From: Eledone cirrhosa
Lineage: Eukaryota
Length of the DNA: 64,000 nt
Assembly: GCA_964016885.1 (NCBI GenBank)
Contig: OZ024741.1
Coordinates: forward strand, 404,984,001-405,048,000
Reading direction: 5' to 3'
The position numbers were made by a program, and so were the translations under genes. Shown piece after piece: positions 15,001 through 31,735 of this stretch (within the stretch, counting starts at the first letter, position 1; every line of letters starts with the position of its first letter). Below the pieces are notes generated by a model. It was not told the origin of the DNA, did not search any database, and saw only the letters and a program-made list of their open reading frames with translations.

Positions 15001-18000
15001 TTATAATTAATTTTTAAAGATTTTCACAACTATTTTATAATTAATTGTGACAACCTTCACAACTATTTTATAATGAATTGTGACAACCTTCACAACTATT
15101 TTATAATTAATTGTGACAACCTTCACAACTATTTTATAATGAATTGTGACAACCTTCACAACTATTTTATAATTATTTTTTTCAGCTTTTCACAACTATT
15201 TTATAATTAATTGTGACAAACTTCACAACTATTTTATAATTAATTGTGACAACCTTCACACTTATTTCATAATTAATTGTGACAACATTCACAACTATTT
15301 TATAATTAATTTTTACAGATTTTTACAACTATTTTATAATTAATTGTGACAACCTTCACAACTATTTTATAATTAATTGTGACAACCTTCACAACTATTT
15401 TATAATTAATTTTTGAAGATTTTCACAACTATTTTATAATTAATTGTGACAACCTTCACAACTATTTTATAATGAATTGTGACAACTTTCACAACTATTT
15501 TATAATTAATTTTTACAGCTTTTCACAATTATTTTATAATTAATTGTGACAACCTTCACAACTATTTTATAATTAATTTTTACAGATTTTCACAACTATT
15601 TTATAATTAATTGTGACAACCTTCACAACTATTTTATAATTAATTGTGACAACCTTCACAACTATTTTATAATTAATTTTTACAGCTTTTCACAACTGTT
15701 TTATAATTAATTGTGACAACCTTCACAACTATTTTATAATTAATCTTTACAACTTTTCACAACTATTTTATAATGAATTGTGACAACCTTCACAACTATT
15801 TTATAATTAATTTTTACAGCTTTTCACAACTATTTTATAATTAATTGTGACAACCTTCACAACTATTTTATAGTTAATTTTTTCAGCTTTTCACAACTAT
15901 TTTATAATGAATTGTGACAACCTTCACAACTATTTTATAATGAATTGTGACAACCTTCACAACTATTTTATAATGAATTGTGACAACCTTCACAACTATT
16001 TTATAATTAATTGTGACAACCTTCACAACTATTTTATAATGAATTGTGACAACCTTCACAACTATTTTGTAATGAATTGTGACAACCTTCACAACTATTT
16101 TATAATTAATTGTGACAACCTTCACAACTATTTTATAATTAATTGTGACAACATTCACAACTATTTTATAATTAATTTTTACAGATTGTCACAACTATTT
16201 TATAATTAATTGTGACAACCTTCACAACTATTTTATAATTAATTGGGACAATCTTCACAACTATTTTATAATTAATTTTTAAAGATTTTCACAACTATTT
16301 TATAATTATTTGTGACAACCTTCACAACTATTTTATAATGAATTGTGACAACCTTCACAACTATTTTATAATTAATTTTTACAGCTTTTCACAACTATTT
16401 TATAATTAATTGTGACAACCTTCACAACTATTTTATAATTAATTTTTACAGATTTTCATAACTATTTTATAATTAATTGTGACAACCTTCACAACTATTT
16501 TATAATTAATTTTTACAGCTTTTCACAACTGTTTCATAATTAATTGTGACAACATTCACAACTATTTTATAATTAATTTTTACAGCTTTTCACAACTATT
16601 TTATAATGAATTGTGATAACCTTCACAACTATTTTATAATTAATTTTTACAGCTTTTCACAACTATTTTATAATTAATTGTGACAACCTTCACAACTATT
16701 TTATAATTAATTTTTTCAGCTTTTCACAACTATTTTATAATGAACTGTGACAACCTTCACAACTATTTCATAATGAATTGTGACAACCTTCACAACTATT
16801 TTATAATGAATTGTGACAACCTTCACAACTATTTTATAATTAATTTTTACAGCTATTCGCAACTATTTTATAATTAATTGTGACAAAATTCACAACTATT
16901 TTATAATTAATTGTGACAACCTTCACAACTATTTTATAATTAATTGTGACAACCTTCACAACTATTTTATAATTAATTTTTACAGCTTTTCACAACTGTT
17001 TTATAATTAATTGTGACAACCTTCACAACTATTTTATAATTAATTTTTACAGCTTTTCACAACTATTTTATACTGAATGGTGACAACCTTCACAACTATT
17101 TTATAATTAATTTTTACAGATTTTCACAACTATTTTATAATTAATTGTGACAACCTTCACAACTATTTTATAATTAATTTTTTCAGCTTTTCACAACTAT
17201 TTTATAATGAACTGTGACAACCTTCATAACTATTTTATAATGAATTGTGACAACCTTCACAACTATTTTATAATGAATTGTGACAACCTTCACAACTATT
17301 TTATAATTAATTTTTACAGCTTTTCACAACTATTTTATAATTAATTGTGACAAACTTCACAACTATTTTATAATGAATTGTGACAACCTTCACAACTATT
17401 TTATAATTAATTTTTACAGCTTTTCACAACTATTTTATAATTAATTGTGACAAACTTCACAACTATTTTATAATTAATTGTGACAACCTTCACAATTATT
17501 TTATAATTAATTGTGACAACAATCACAACTATTTTATAATTAATTTTTTACAGATTTTCACAACTATTTTATAATTAATTGTGACAACCTTCACAACTAT
17601 TTTATAATGAATTGTGACAACCTTCACAACTATTTTGTAATGAATTGTGACAACCTTCACAACTATTTTATAATTAATTGTGACAACCTTCACAACTATT
17701 TTATAATTAATTGTGACAACATTCACAACTATTTTATAATTAATTTTTACAGATTGTCACAACTATTTTATAATTAATTGTGACAACCTTCACAACTATT
17801 TTATAATTAATTGGGACAATCTTCACAACTATTTTATAATTAATTTTTAAAGATTTTCACAACTATTTTATAATTATTTGTGACAACCTTCACAACTATT
17901 TTATAATGAATTGTGACAACCTTCACAACTATTTTATAATTAATTTTTACAGCTTTTCACAACTATTTTATAATTAATTGTGACAACCTTCACAACTATT

Positions 18001-18749
18001 TTATAATTAATTTTTACAGATTTTCATAACTATTTTATAATTAATTGTGACAACCTTCACAACTATTTTATAATTAATTGTGACAACCTTCACAACTATT
18101 TTATAATTAATTTTTACAGCTTTTCACAACTGTTTCATAATTAATTGTGACAACATTCACAACTATTTTATAATTAATTTTTACAGCTTTTCACAACTAT
18201 TTTATAATGAATTGTGATAACCTTCACAACTATTTTATAATTAATTTTTACAGCTTTTCACAACTATTTTATAATTAATTGTGACAACCTTCACAACTAT
18301 TTTATAATTAATTTTTTCAGCTTTTCACAACTATTTTATAATGAACTGTGACAACCTTCACAACTATTTCATAATGAATTGTGACAACCTTCACAACTAT
18401 TTTATAATGAATTGTGACAACCTTCACAACTATTTTATAATTAATTTTTACAGCTATTCGCAACTATTTTATAATTAATTGTGACAAAATTCACAACTAT
18501 TTTATAATTAATTGTGACAACCTTCACAACTATTTTATAATTAATTGTGACAACCTTCACAACTATTTTATAATTAATTTTTACAGCTTTTCACAACTGT
18601 TTTATAATTAATTGTGACAACCTTCACAACTATTTTATAATTAATTTTTACAGCTTTTCACAACTATTTTATAATGAATTGTGACAACCTTCACAACTAT
18701 TTTATAATTAATTTTTACAGATTTTCACAACTATTTTATAATTAATTGT

Positions 18750-21700
18750 GACAACCTTCACAACTATTTTATAATTAATTTTTTCAGCTTTTCACAACTA
18801 TTTTATAATGAACTGTGACAACCTTCATAACTATTTTATAATGAATTGTGACAACCTTCACAACTATTTTATAATGAATTGTGACAACCTTCACAACTAT
18901 TTTATAATTAATTTTTACAGCTTTTCACAACTATTTTATAATTAATTGTGACAAACTTCACAACTATTTTATAATTAATTGTGACAACCTTCACAATTAT
19001 TTTATAATTAATTGTGACAACAATCACAACTATTTTATAATTAATTTTTTACAGATTTTCACAACTATTTTATAATTAATTGTGACAACCTTCACAACTA
19101 TTTTATAATTAATTGTGACAACCTTCACAACTATTTTATAATTAATTGTGACAACCTTCACAACTATTTTATAATTAATTTTTAAAGATTTTCACAACTA
19201 TTTTATAATTAATTGTGACAACCTTCACAACTATTTTATAATGAATTGTGACAACCTTCACAACTATTTTATAATTAATTTTTACAGCTTTTCACAACTA
19301 TTTTATAATTAATTGTGACAACCTTACACAACTATTTTATAATGAATTGTGACAACCTTCACAACTATTTTATAATTAATTTTTTCAGCTTTTCACAACT
19401 ATTTTATAATTAATTGTGACAAACTTCACAACTATTTTATAATTAATTGTGACAACCTTCACACTTATTTCATAATTAATTGTGACAACATTCACAACTA
19501 TTTTATAATTAATTTTTACAGATTTTTACAACTATTTTATAATTAATTGTGACAACCTTCACAACTATTTTATAATGAATTGTGACAACCTTCACAACTA
19601 TTTTATAATAAATTTTTACAGCTTTTCACAATTATTTTATAATTAATTGTGACAACGTTCACAACTATTTTATAATTAATTTTTACAGATTTTCACAACT
19701 ATTTTATAATTAATTGTGACAACCTTCACAACTATTTTATAATTAATTGTGACAACCTTCACAACTATTTTATAATTAATTTTTACAGCTTTTCACAACT
19801 GTTTTATAATTAATTGTGACAACCTTCACAACTATTTTATAATTAATCTTTACAGCTTTTCACAACTATTTTATAATTAATTGTGACAACCTTCACAACT
19901 ATTTTATAATTAATTTTTTCAGCTTTTCACAACTATTTTATAATGAATTGTGACAACCTTCACAACTATTTTATAATGAATTGTGACAACCTTCACAACT
20001 ATTTTATAATGAATTGTGACAACCTTCACAACTATTTTATAATTAATTGTGACAACCTTCACAACTATTTTATAATGAATTGTGACAACCTTCACAACTA
20101 TTTTGTAATGAATTGTGACAACCTTCACAACTATTTTATAATTAATTGTGACAACCTTCACAACTATTTTATAATTAATTGTGACAACATTCACAACTAT
20201 TTTATAATTAATTTTTACAGATTGTCACAACTATTTTATAATTAATTGTGACAACCTTCACAACTATTTTATAATTAATTGTGACAATCTTCACAACTAT
20301 TTTATAATTAATTTTTAAAGATTTTAACAACTATTTTATAATTATTTTTGACAACCTTCACAACTATTTTATAATGAATTGTGACAACCTTCACAACTAT
20401 TTTATAATTAATTTTTACAGATTTTCATAACTATTTTATAATTAATTGTGACAACCTTCACAACTATTTTATAATTAATTGTGACAACCTTCACAACTAT
20501 TTTATAATTAATTTTTACAGCTTTTCACAACTGTTTTATAATTAATTGTGACAACATTCACAACTATTTTATAATTAATTTTTACAGCTTTTCACATCTA
20601 TTTTATAATGAATTGTGACAACTTTCACAACTATTTTATAATTAATTTTTACAGCTTTTCACAACTATTTTATAATTAATTGTGACAACCTTCACAACTA
20701 TTTTATAATTAATTTTTTCAGCTTTTCACAACTATTTTATAATGAACTGTGACAACCTTCACAACTATTTCATAATGAATTGTGACAACCTTCACAACTA
20801 TTTTATAATGAATTGTGACAACCTTCACAACTATTTTATAATTAATTTTTACAGCTATTCACAACTATTTTATAATTAATTGTGACAAAATTCACAACTA
20901 TTTTATAATTAATTGTGACAACCTTCACAACTATTTTATAATTAATTGTGACAACCTTCACAACTATTTTATAATTAATTTTTACAGCTTTTCACAACTG
21001 TTTTATAATTAATTGTGACAACCTTCACAACTATTTTATAATTAATTTTTTCAGCTTTTCACAACTATTTTATAATGAACTGTGACAACCTTCATAACTA
21101 TTTTATAATGAATTGTGACAACCTTCACAACTATTTTATAATGAATTGTGACAACCTTCACAACTATTTTATAATTAATTTTTACAGCTTTTCACAACTA
21201 TTTTATAATTAATTGTGACAAACTTCACAACTATTTTATAATTAATTGTGACAACCTTCACAATTATTTTATAATTAATTGTGACAACAATCACAACTAT
21301 TTTATAATTAATTTTTTACAGATTTTCACAACTATTTTATAATTAATTGTGACAACCTTCACAACTATTTTATAATTAATTGTGACAACCTTCACAACTA
21401 TTTTATAATTAATTGTGACAACCTTCACAACTATTTTATAATTAATTTTTAAAGATTTTCACAACTATTTTATAATTAATTGTGACAACCTTCACAACTA
21501 TTTTATAATGAATTGTGACAACCTTCACAACTATTTTATAATTAATTTTTACAGCTTTTCACAACTATTTTATAATTAATTGTGACAACCTTACACAACT
21601 ATTTTATAATGAATTGTGACAACCTTCACAACTATTTTATAATTAATTTTTTCAGCTTTTCACAACTATTTTATAATTAATTGTGACAAACTTCACAACT

Positions 21701-23280
21701 ATTTTATAATTAATTGTGACAACCTTCACACTTATTTCATAATTAATTGTGACAACATTCACAACTATTTTATAATTAATTTTTACAGATTTTTACAACT
21801 ATTTTATAATTAATTGTGACAACCTTCACAACTATTTTATAATGAATTGTGACAACCTTCACAACTATTTTATAATAAATTTTTACAGCTTTTCACAATT
21901 ATTTTATAATTAATTGTGACAACGTTCACAACTATTTTATAATTAATTTTTACAGATTTTCACAACTATTTTATAATTAATTGTGACAACCTTCACAACT
22001 ATTTTATAATTAATTGTGACAACCTTCACAACTATTTTATAATTAATTTTTACAGCTTTTCACAACTGTTTTATAATTAATTGTGACAACCTTCACAACT
22101 ATTTTATAATTAATCTTTACAGCTTTTCACAACTATTTTATAATTAATTGTGACAACCTTCACAACTATTTTATAATTAATTTTTTCAGCTTTTCACAAC
22201 TATTTTATAATGAATTGTGACAACCTTCACAACTATTTTATAATGAATTGTGACAACCTTCACAACTATTTTATAATGAATTGTGACAACCTTCACAACT
22301 ATTTTATAATTAATTGTGACAACCTTCACAACTATTTTATAATGAATTGTGACAACCTTCACAACTATTTTGTAATGAATTGTGACAACCTTCACAACTA
22401 TTTTATAATTAATTGTGACAACCTTCACAACTATTTTATAATTAATTGTGACAACATTCACAACTATTTTATAATTAATTTTTACAGATTGTCACAACTA
22501 TTTTATAATTAATTGTGACAACCTTCACAACTATTTTATAATTAATTGTGACAATCTTCACAACTATTTTATAATTAATTTTTAAAGATTTTAACAACTA
22601 TTTTATAATTATTTTTGACAACCTTCACAACTATTTTATAATGAATTGTGACAACCTTCACAACTATTTTATAATTAATTTTTACAGATTTTCATAACTA
22701 TTTTATAATTAATTGTGACAACCTTCACAACTATTTTATAATTAATTGTGACAACCTTCACAACTATTTTATAATTAATTTTTACAGCTTTTCACAACTG
22801 TTTTATAATTAATTGTGACAACATTCACAACTATTTTATAATTAATTTTTACAGCTTTTCACATCTATTTTATAATGAATTGTGACAACTTTCACAACTA
22901 TTTTATAATTAATTTTTACAGCTTTTCACAACTATTTTATAATTAATTGTGACAACCTTCACAACTATTTTATAATTAATTTTTTCAGCTTTTCACAACT
23001 ATTTTATAATGAACTGTGACAACCTTCACAACTATTTCATAATGAATTGTGACAACCTTCACAACTATTTTATAATGAATTGTGACAACCTTCACAACTA
23101 TTTTATAATTAATTTTTACAGCTATTCACAACTATTTTATAATTAATTGTGACAAAATTCACAACTATTTTATAATTAATTGTGACAACCTTCACAACTA
23201 TTTTATAATTAATTGTGACAACCTTCACAACTATTTTATAATTAATTTTTACAGCTTTTCACAACTGTTTTATAATTAAT
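18750..23280. repeat. Tandem segmental duplication, period 2267 bp
   Basis: ORF starts 19919/22186. Private variants are shared at the same offset: CCTTACACA (about 19322/21589), AACGTTC (about 19654/21921), TTGACA (20348/22615). Ends approximate. Confidence 0.85.
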
Positions 23281-26200
23281 TGTGACAACCTTCACAACTA
23301 TTTTATAATCAATTTTTACAGCTTTTCACAACTATTTTATAATTAATTGTGACAACCTTCACAACTATTTTATAATTAATTTTTACAGCTTTTCACAACT
23401 ATTTTATAATTAATTGTGACAACCTTCACAACTATTTTATAATTAATTTTTTCAGCTTTTCACAACTATTTTATAATGAACTGTGACAACCTTCATAACT
23501 ATTTTATAATGAATTGTGACAACCTTCACAACTATTTTATAATGAATTGTGACAACCTTCACAACTATTTTATAATTAATTTTTACAGCTTTTCACAACT
23601 ATTTTATAATTAATTGTGACAAACTTCACAACTATTTTATAATTAATTGTGACAACCTTCACAACTATTTTATAATTAATTGTGACAAACTTCACAACTA
23701 TTTAATAATTAATTGTGACAACCTTCACAACTATTTTATAATTAATTGTGACAACATTCACAACTATTTTATAATTAATCTTTACAACTTTTCACAACTA
23801 TTTTATAATGAATTGTGACAACCTTCACAACTATTTTATAATTAATTTTTACAGCTTTTCACAACTATTTTATAATTAATTGTGACAACCTTCACAACTA
23901 TTTTATAATTAATTTTTTCAGCTTTTCACAACTATTTTATAATGAATTGTGACAACCTTCACAACTATTTTATAATGAATTGTGACAACCTTCACAACTA
24001 TTTTATAATGAATTGTGACAACCTTCACAACTATTTTATAATTAATTGTGACAACCTTCACAACTATTTTATAATGAATTGTGACAACCTTCACAACTAT
24101 TTTGTAATGAATTGTGACAACCTTCACAACTATTTTATAATTAATTGTGACAACCTTCACAACTATTTTATAATTAATTGTGACAACATTCACAACTATT
24201 TTATAATTAATTTTTACAGATTGTCACAACTATTTTATAATTAATTGTGACAACCTTCACAACTATTTTATAATTAATTGTGACAACCTTCACAACTATT
24301 TTATAATTAATTTTTAAAGATTTTCACAACTATTTTATAATTATTTGTGACAACCTTCACAACTATTTTATAATGAATTGTGACAACCTTTACAACTATT
24401 TTATAATTAATTTTTACAGCTTTTCACAACTATTTTATAATGAATTGTGACAACCTTCACAACTATTTTATAATTAATTTTTACAGCTTTTCACAACTAT
24501 TTTATAATTAATTGTGACAACTTTCACAACTATTTTATAATTAATTTTTTCAGCTTTTCACAACTATTTTATAATGAACTGTGACAACCTTCACAACTAT
24601 TTCATAATGAATTGTGACAACCTTCACAACTATTTTATAATGAATTGTGACAACCTTCACAACTATTTTATAATTAATTTTTACAGCTATTCACAACTAT
24701 TTTATAATTAATTGTGACAAAATTCACAACTATTTTATAATTAATTGTGACAACCTTCACAACTATTTTATAATTAATTGTGACAACCTTCACAACTATT
24801 TTATAATTAATTTTTACAGCTTTTCACAACTGTTTTATAATTAATTGTGACAACCTTCACAACTATTTTATAATTAATTTTTACAGCTTTTCACAACTAT
24901 TTTATAATGAATTGTGACAACCTTCACAACTATTTTATAATTAATTTTTACAGCTTTTCACAACTATTTTATAATTAATTGTGACAAACTTCACAACTAT
25001 TTTATAATTAATTTTTTCAGCTTTTCACAACTATTTTATAATGAACTGTGACAACCTTCATAACTGTTTCATAATGAATTGTGACAACCTTCACAACTAT
25101 TTTATAATGAATTGTGACAACCTTCACAACTATTTTATAATTAATTTTTACAGCTTTTCACAACTATTTTATAATTAATTGTGACAAACTTCACAACTAT
25201 TTTATAATTAATTGTGACAACCTTCACAACTATTTTATAATTAATTTTTACAGATTTTCACAACTATTTTATAATTAATTGTGACAACCTTCACAACTAT
25301 TTTATAATGAATTGTGACAACCGTCACAACTATTTTATAATTAATTTTTACAGCTTTTCACAACTATTTTATAATTAATTGTCACAACCTTCACAACTAT
25401 TTTATAATGAATTGTGACAACCTTCACAACTATTTTATAATTGATTTTTACAGCTTTTCACAACTATTTTATAATTGATTGTGACAACCTTCACAACTAT
25501 TTTATAATTAATTTTTAAAGATTTTCACAACTATTTGATAATGAATTGTGACAACCTTCACAACTATTATATAATTAATTGTGACAACCTTCACAACTAT
25601 TTTATAATGAATCGTGACAACCTTCACAACTATTTTATAATTAATTGTGACAACCTTCACAACTATTTTATAATTAATTGTGACAAACTTCACAACTATT
25701 TTATAATTAATTTTTAAAGATTTTCACAACTATTTTATAATTAATTGTGACAACCTTCACAACTATTTTATAATTAATTGTGACAACCTTCAAAACTATT
25801 TTATAATTAATTGTGACAACCTTCATAACTATTTTATAATTAATTTTTACTGCTTTTCACAACTATTTTATAATTAATTGTGACAACCTTCACAACTATT
25901 TTATAATGAATCGTGACAACCTTCACAACTATTTTATAATGAATTGTGACAACCTTCACAACTATTTCATAATTAATTGTGACAACCTTCACAACTATTT
26001 TATAGTGAATTGTGACAACCTTCACAACTATTTTATAATTAATTTTTTCAGCTTTTCACAACTATTTTATAATGTATTGTGACAACCTTCACAACTATTT
26101 TATAATGAATTGTGACAACCTTCACAACTATTTTATAATTAATTGTGACAACCTTCACAACTATTTTATAATTAATTTTTACAGCTTTTCACAACTATTT

Positions 26201-27442
26201 TATAATTGATTGTGACAACCTTCACAACTATTTTATAATTAATTGTGACAACCTTCACAACTATTTTATAATTAATTTTTAAAGGTTTTCACAGCTATTT
26301 TATAATTAATTGTGACAACCTTCACAACTGTTTTATAATTAATTTTTACAGCTTTTCACAACTATTTTATAATTAATTGTAACAACCTTCACAACTATTT
26401 TATAATTAATTTTTACAGCTTTTCACAACTATTTTATAATGAATTGTGACAACCTTCACAGCTATTTTATAATTAATTTTTACAGCTTTTCACAACTATT
26501 TTATAATTAATTCTGACAACCTTCACAACTATTTTATGATTAATTTTTACAGCTTTTCACAACTATTTTATAATGAATTGTGACAACCTTCACAACTATT
26601 TTATAATTAATTTTTACAGCTTTTCACAACTATTTTATAATTAATTGTGACAACTTTCACAACTATTTTATAATTAATTTTTTCAGCTTTTCACAACTAT
26701 TTTATAATGAACTGTGACAACCTTCACAACTATTTTATAATGAATTGTGACAACCTTCACAACTATTTTATAATGAATTGTGACAATCTTCACAACTATT
26801 TTATAATTAATTTTTACAGCTTTTCACAACTATTTTATAATTAATTGTGACAACCTTCACAACTATTTTATAATGAATTGTGACAACCTTCACAACTATA
26901 TTATAATGAATTGTGACAACCTTCACAACTATTTTACAATGAATTGTGACAACCTTCACAACTATTTTATAATGAATCGTGACAACCTTCACAACTATTT
27001 TATAATTAATTGTGACAACCTTCGCAACAATTTTATAATGAATTGTGACAACCTTCACAACTATTTTATAATTAATTGTGACAACCTTCACAACTATTTT
27101 ATAATGAATTGTGACAACCTTCACAACTATTTTATAATGAATTGTGACAACCTTCACAACTATTTTATAATGAATTGTGACAATCTTCACAACTATTTTA
27201 TAATTAATTTTTACAGCTTTTCACAACTATTTTATAAATAATTGTGACAACCTTCACAACTATTTTATAATGAATTGTGACAACCTTCACAACTATTTTA
27301 TAATTAATTTTTTCAGCTTTTCACAACTATTTTATAATGAACTGTGACAACCTTCACAACTATTTCATAATGAATTGTGACAACCTTCACAACTATTTTA
27401 TAATGAATTGTGACAACCTTCACAACTATTTTATAATTAATT

Positions 27443-27471
27443 TTGACAGCTATTCACAACTATTTTATAAT
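27443..27471 (+). promoter_or_regulatory. Perfect sigma70 consensus TTGACA-N17-TATAAT inside a variant B monomer; function unproven
   Basis: TTGACA at 27443-27448, a 17-bp spacer, and TATAAT at 27466-27471. No downstream gene. Confidence 0.12.
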
Positions 27472-28549
27472 TAATTGTGACAAAATTCACAACTATTTTA
27501 TAATTAATTGTGACAACCTTCACAACTATTTTATAATTAATTGTGACAACCTTCACAACTATTTTATAATTAATTTTTACAGCTTTTCACAACTGTTTTA
27601 TAATTAATTGTGACAACCTTCACAACTATTTTATAATCAATTTTTACAGCTTTTCACAACTATTTTATAATTAATTGTGACAACCTTCACAACTATTTTA
27701 TAATTAATTTTTTCAGCTTTTCACAACTATTTTATAATGAATTGTGACAACCTTCACAACTATTTTATAATGAATTGTGACAACCTTCACAACTATTTTA
27801 TAATGAATTGTGACAACCTTCACAACTATTTTATAATTAATTGTGACAACCTTCACAACTATTTTATAATTAATTGTGACAACATTCACAACTATTTTAT
27901 AATTAATTTTTACAGATTGTCACAACTATTTTATAATTAATTGTGACAACCTTCACAACTATTTTATAATTAATTGTGACAACCTTCACAATTATTTTAT
28001 AATTAATTTTTAAAGATTTTCACAACTATTTTATAATTATTTGTGACAACCTTCACAACTATTTTATAATGAATTGTGACAACCTTTACAACTATTTTAT
28101 AATTAATTTTTACAGCTTTTCACAACTATTTTATAATTAATTGTGACAACCTTCACAACTATTTTATAATTAATTTTTACAGATTTTCATAACTATTTTA
28201 TAATTAATTGTGACAACCTTCACAACTATTTTATAATTAATTGTGACAACCTTCACAACTATTTTATAATTAATTTTTACAGCTTTTCACAACTGTTTTA
28301 TAATTAATTGTGACAACCTTCACAACTATTTTATAATTAATTTTTACAGCTTTTCACAACTATTTTATAATGAATTGTGACAACCTTCACAACTATTTTA
28401 TAATTAATTTTTACAGCTTTTCACAACTATTTTATAATTAATTGTGACAACCTTCACAACTATTTTATAATTAATTTTTTCAGCTTTTCACAACTATTTT
28501 ATAATGAACTGTGACAACCTTCATAACTATTTCATAATGAATTGTGACA

Positions 28550-30960
28550 ACCTTCACAACTATTTTATAATGAATTGTGACAACCTTCACAACTATTTTA
28601 TAATTAATTTTTACAGCTATTCACAACTATTTTATAATTAATTGTGACAAAATTCACAACTATTTTATAATTAATTGTGACAACCTTCACAACTATTTTA
28701 TAATTAATTGTGACAACCTTCACAACTATTTTATAATTAATTTTTACAGCTTTTCACAACTGTTTTATAATTAATTGTGACAACCTTCACAACTATTTTA
28801 TAATTAATTTTTACAGCTTTTCACAACTATTTTATAATGAATTGTGACAACCTTCACAACTATTTTATAATTAATTTTTACAGCTTTTCACAACTATTTT
28901 ATAATTAATTGTGACAACCTTCACAACTATTTTATAATTAATTTTTTCAGCTTTTCACAAATATTTTATAATGAACTGTGACAACCTTCATAACTATTTC
29001 ATAATGAATTGTGACAACCTTCACAACTATTTTATAATGAATTGTGACAACCTTCACAACTATTTTATAATTAATTTTTACAGCTTTTCACAACTATTTT
29101 ATAATTAATTGTGACAAACTTCACAACTATTTTATAATTAATTGTGACAACCTTCACAACTATTTTATAATTAATTTTTACAGATTTTCACAACTATTTT
29201 ATAATTAATTGTGACAACCTTCACAACTATTTTATAATGAATTGTGACAACCGTCACAACTATTTTATAATTAATTTTTACAGCTTTTCACAACTATTTT
29301 ATAATTAATTGTCACAACCTTCACAACTATTTTATAATGAATTGTGACAACCTTCACAACTATTTTATAATTGATTTTTACAGCTTTTCACAACTATTTT
29401 ATAATTGATTGTGACAACCTTCACAACTATTTTATAATTAATTTTTAAAGATTTTCACAACTATTTGATAATGAATTGTGACAACTTTCACAACTATTAT
29501 ATAATTAATTGTGACAACCATCACAACTATTTTATAATGAATCGTGACAACCTTCACAACTATTTTATAATTAATTGTGACAACCTTCACAACTATTTTA
29601 TAATTAATTGTGACAAACTTCACAACTATTTTATAATTAATTTTTAAAGATTTTCACAACTATTTTATAATTAATTGTGACAACTTTCACAACTATTTTA
29701 TAATTAATTTTTACAGCTTTTCACAACTATTTTATAATTAATTGTGACAACCTTCACAACTATTTTATAATGAATTGTGACAACCTTCACAACTATTTTA
29801 TAATTAATTTTTACAGCTATTCACAACTATTTTATAATTAATTGTGACAAAATTCACAACTATTTTATAATTAATTGTGACAACCTTCACAACTATTTTA
29901 TAATTAATTGTGACAACCTTCACAACTATTTTATAATTAATTTTTACAGCTTTTCACAACTGTTTTATAATTAATTGTGACAACCTTCACAACTATTTTA
30001 TAATTAATTTTTACAGCTTTTCACAACTATTTTATAATGAATTGTGACAACCTTCACAACTATTTTATAATTAATTTTTACAGCTTTTCACAACTATTTT
30101 ATAATTAATTGTGACAACCTTCACAACTATTTTATAATTAATTTTTTCAGCTTTTCACAACTATTTTATAATGAACTGTGACAACCTTCATAACTATTTC
30201 ATAATGAATTGTGACAACCTTCACAACTATTTTATAATGAATTGTGACAACCTTCACAACTATTTTATAATTAATTTTTACAGCTTTTCACAACTATTTT
30301 ATAATTAATTGTGACAAACTTCACAACTATTTTATAATTAATTGTGACAACCTTCACAACTATTTTATAATTAATTTTTACAGATTTTCACAACTATTTT
30401 ATAATTAATTGTGACAACCTTCACAACTATTTTATAATGAATTGTGACAACCGTCACAACTATTTTATAATTAATTTTTACAGCTTTTCACAACTATTTT
30501 ATAATTAATTGTCACAACCTTCACAACTATTTTATAATGAATTGTGACAACCTTCACAACTATTTTATAATTGATTTTTACAGCTTTTCACAACTATTTT
30601 ATAATTGATTGTGACAACCTTCACAACTATTTTATAATTAATTTTTAAAGATTTTCACAACTATTTGATAATGAATTGTGACAACTTTCACAACTATTAT
30701 ATAATTAATTGTGACAACCATCACAACTATTTTATAATGAATCGTGACAACCTTCACAACTATTTTATAATTAATTGTGACAACCTTCACAACTATTTTA
30801 TAATTAATTGTGACAAACTTCACAACTATTTTATAATTAATTTTTAAAGATTTTCACAACTATTTTATAATTAATTGTGACAACTTTCACAACTATTTTA
30901 TAATTAATTTTTACAGCTTTTCACAACTATTTTATAATTAATTGTGACAACCTTCACAAC
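28550..30960. repeat. Tandem segmental duplication, period 1200 bp (36 monomers)
   Basis: ORF starts 29438/30638 with identical translations. Lines 28981-29700 match 30181-30900 in register, including the private ACCATCAC variant. Confidence 0.9.
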
Positions 30961-31706
30961 TATTTTATAATGAATTGTGACAACCTTCACAACTATATTA
31001 TAATGAATTGTGACAACCTTCACAACTATTTTACAATGAATTGTGACAACCTTCACAACTATTTTATAATGAATCGTGACAACCTTCACAACTATTTTAT
31101 AATTAATTGTGACAACCTTCGCAACAATTTTATAATGAATTGTGACAACCTTCACAACTATTTTATAATTAATTGTGACAACCTTCACAACTATTTTATA
31201 ATGAATTGTGACAACCTTCACAACTATTTTATAATGAATTGTGACAACCTTCACAATTATTTTATAATGAATTGTGACAATCTTCACAACTATTTTATAA
31301 TTAATTTTTACAGCTTTTCACAACTATTTTATAATTAATTTTTTCAGCTTTTCACAACTATTTTATAATGAACTGTGACAACCTTCACAACTATTTTATA
31401 ATGAATTGTGACAACCTTCACAACTATTTTATAATGAATTGTGACAATCTTCACAACTATTTTATAATTAATTTTTACAGCTTTTCACAACTATTTTATA
31501 ATTAATTGTGACAACCTTCACAACTATTTTATAATGAATTGTGACAACCTTCACAACTATTTTATAATTAATTTTTTCAGCTTTTCACAACTATTTTATA
31601 ATGAACTGTGACAACCTTCACAACTATTTCATAATGAATTGTGACAACCTTCACAACTATTTTATAATGAATTGTGACAACCTTCACAACTATTTTATAA
31701 TTAATT

Positions 31707-31735
31707 TTGACAGCTATTCACAACTATTTTATAAT
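31707..31735 (+). promoter_or_regulatory. Second copy of perfect TTGACA-N17-TATAAT; function unproven
   Basis: TTGACA at 31707-31712, a 17-bp spacer, and TATAAT at 31730-31735. Confidence 0.12.

Larger units (their letters stand above)
1..25300. repeat. Left higher-order-repeat domain (variable unit, longest about 2.7 kb or 82 monomers)
   Basis: A marker cassette (TTTTGTAATG ... ACAGATTGTCAC ... ATTATTTGTG) recurs. The identical ORF-track entries start at 386, 3119, 4719, 10086, 11485, 11884, 13149, 15883, 19919, 22186 and 23918. Offsets include 2733, 1600, 2734, 2267 and 1732. Confidence 0.9.

Noticed and set aside
25315-25328. matS-like GTGAC...GTCAC
   Set aside because: matS has a 3-bp spacer (GTGACRNYGTCAC). 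Here the spacer is 4 bp.
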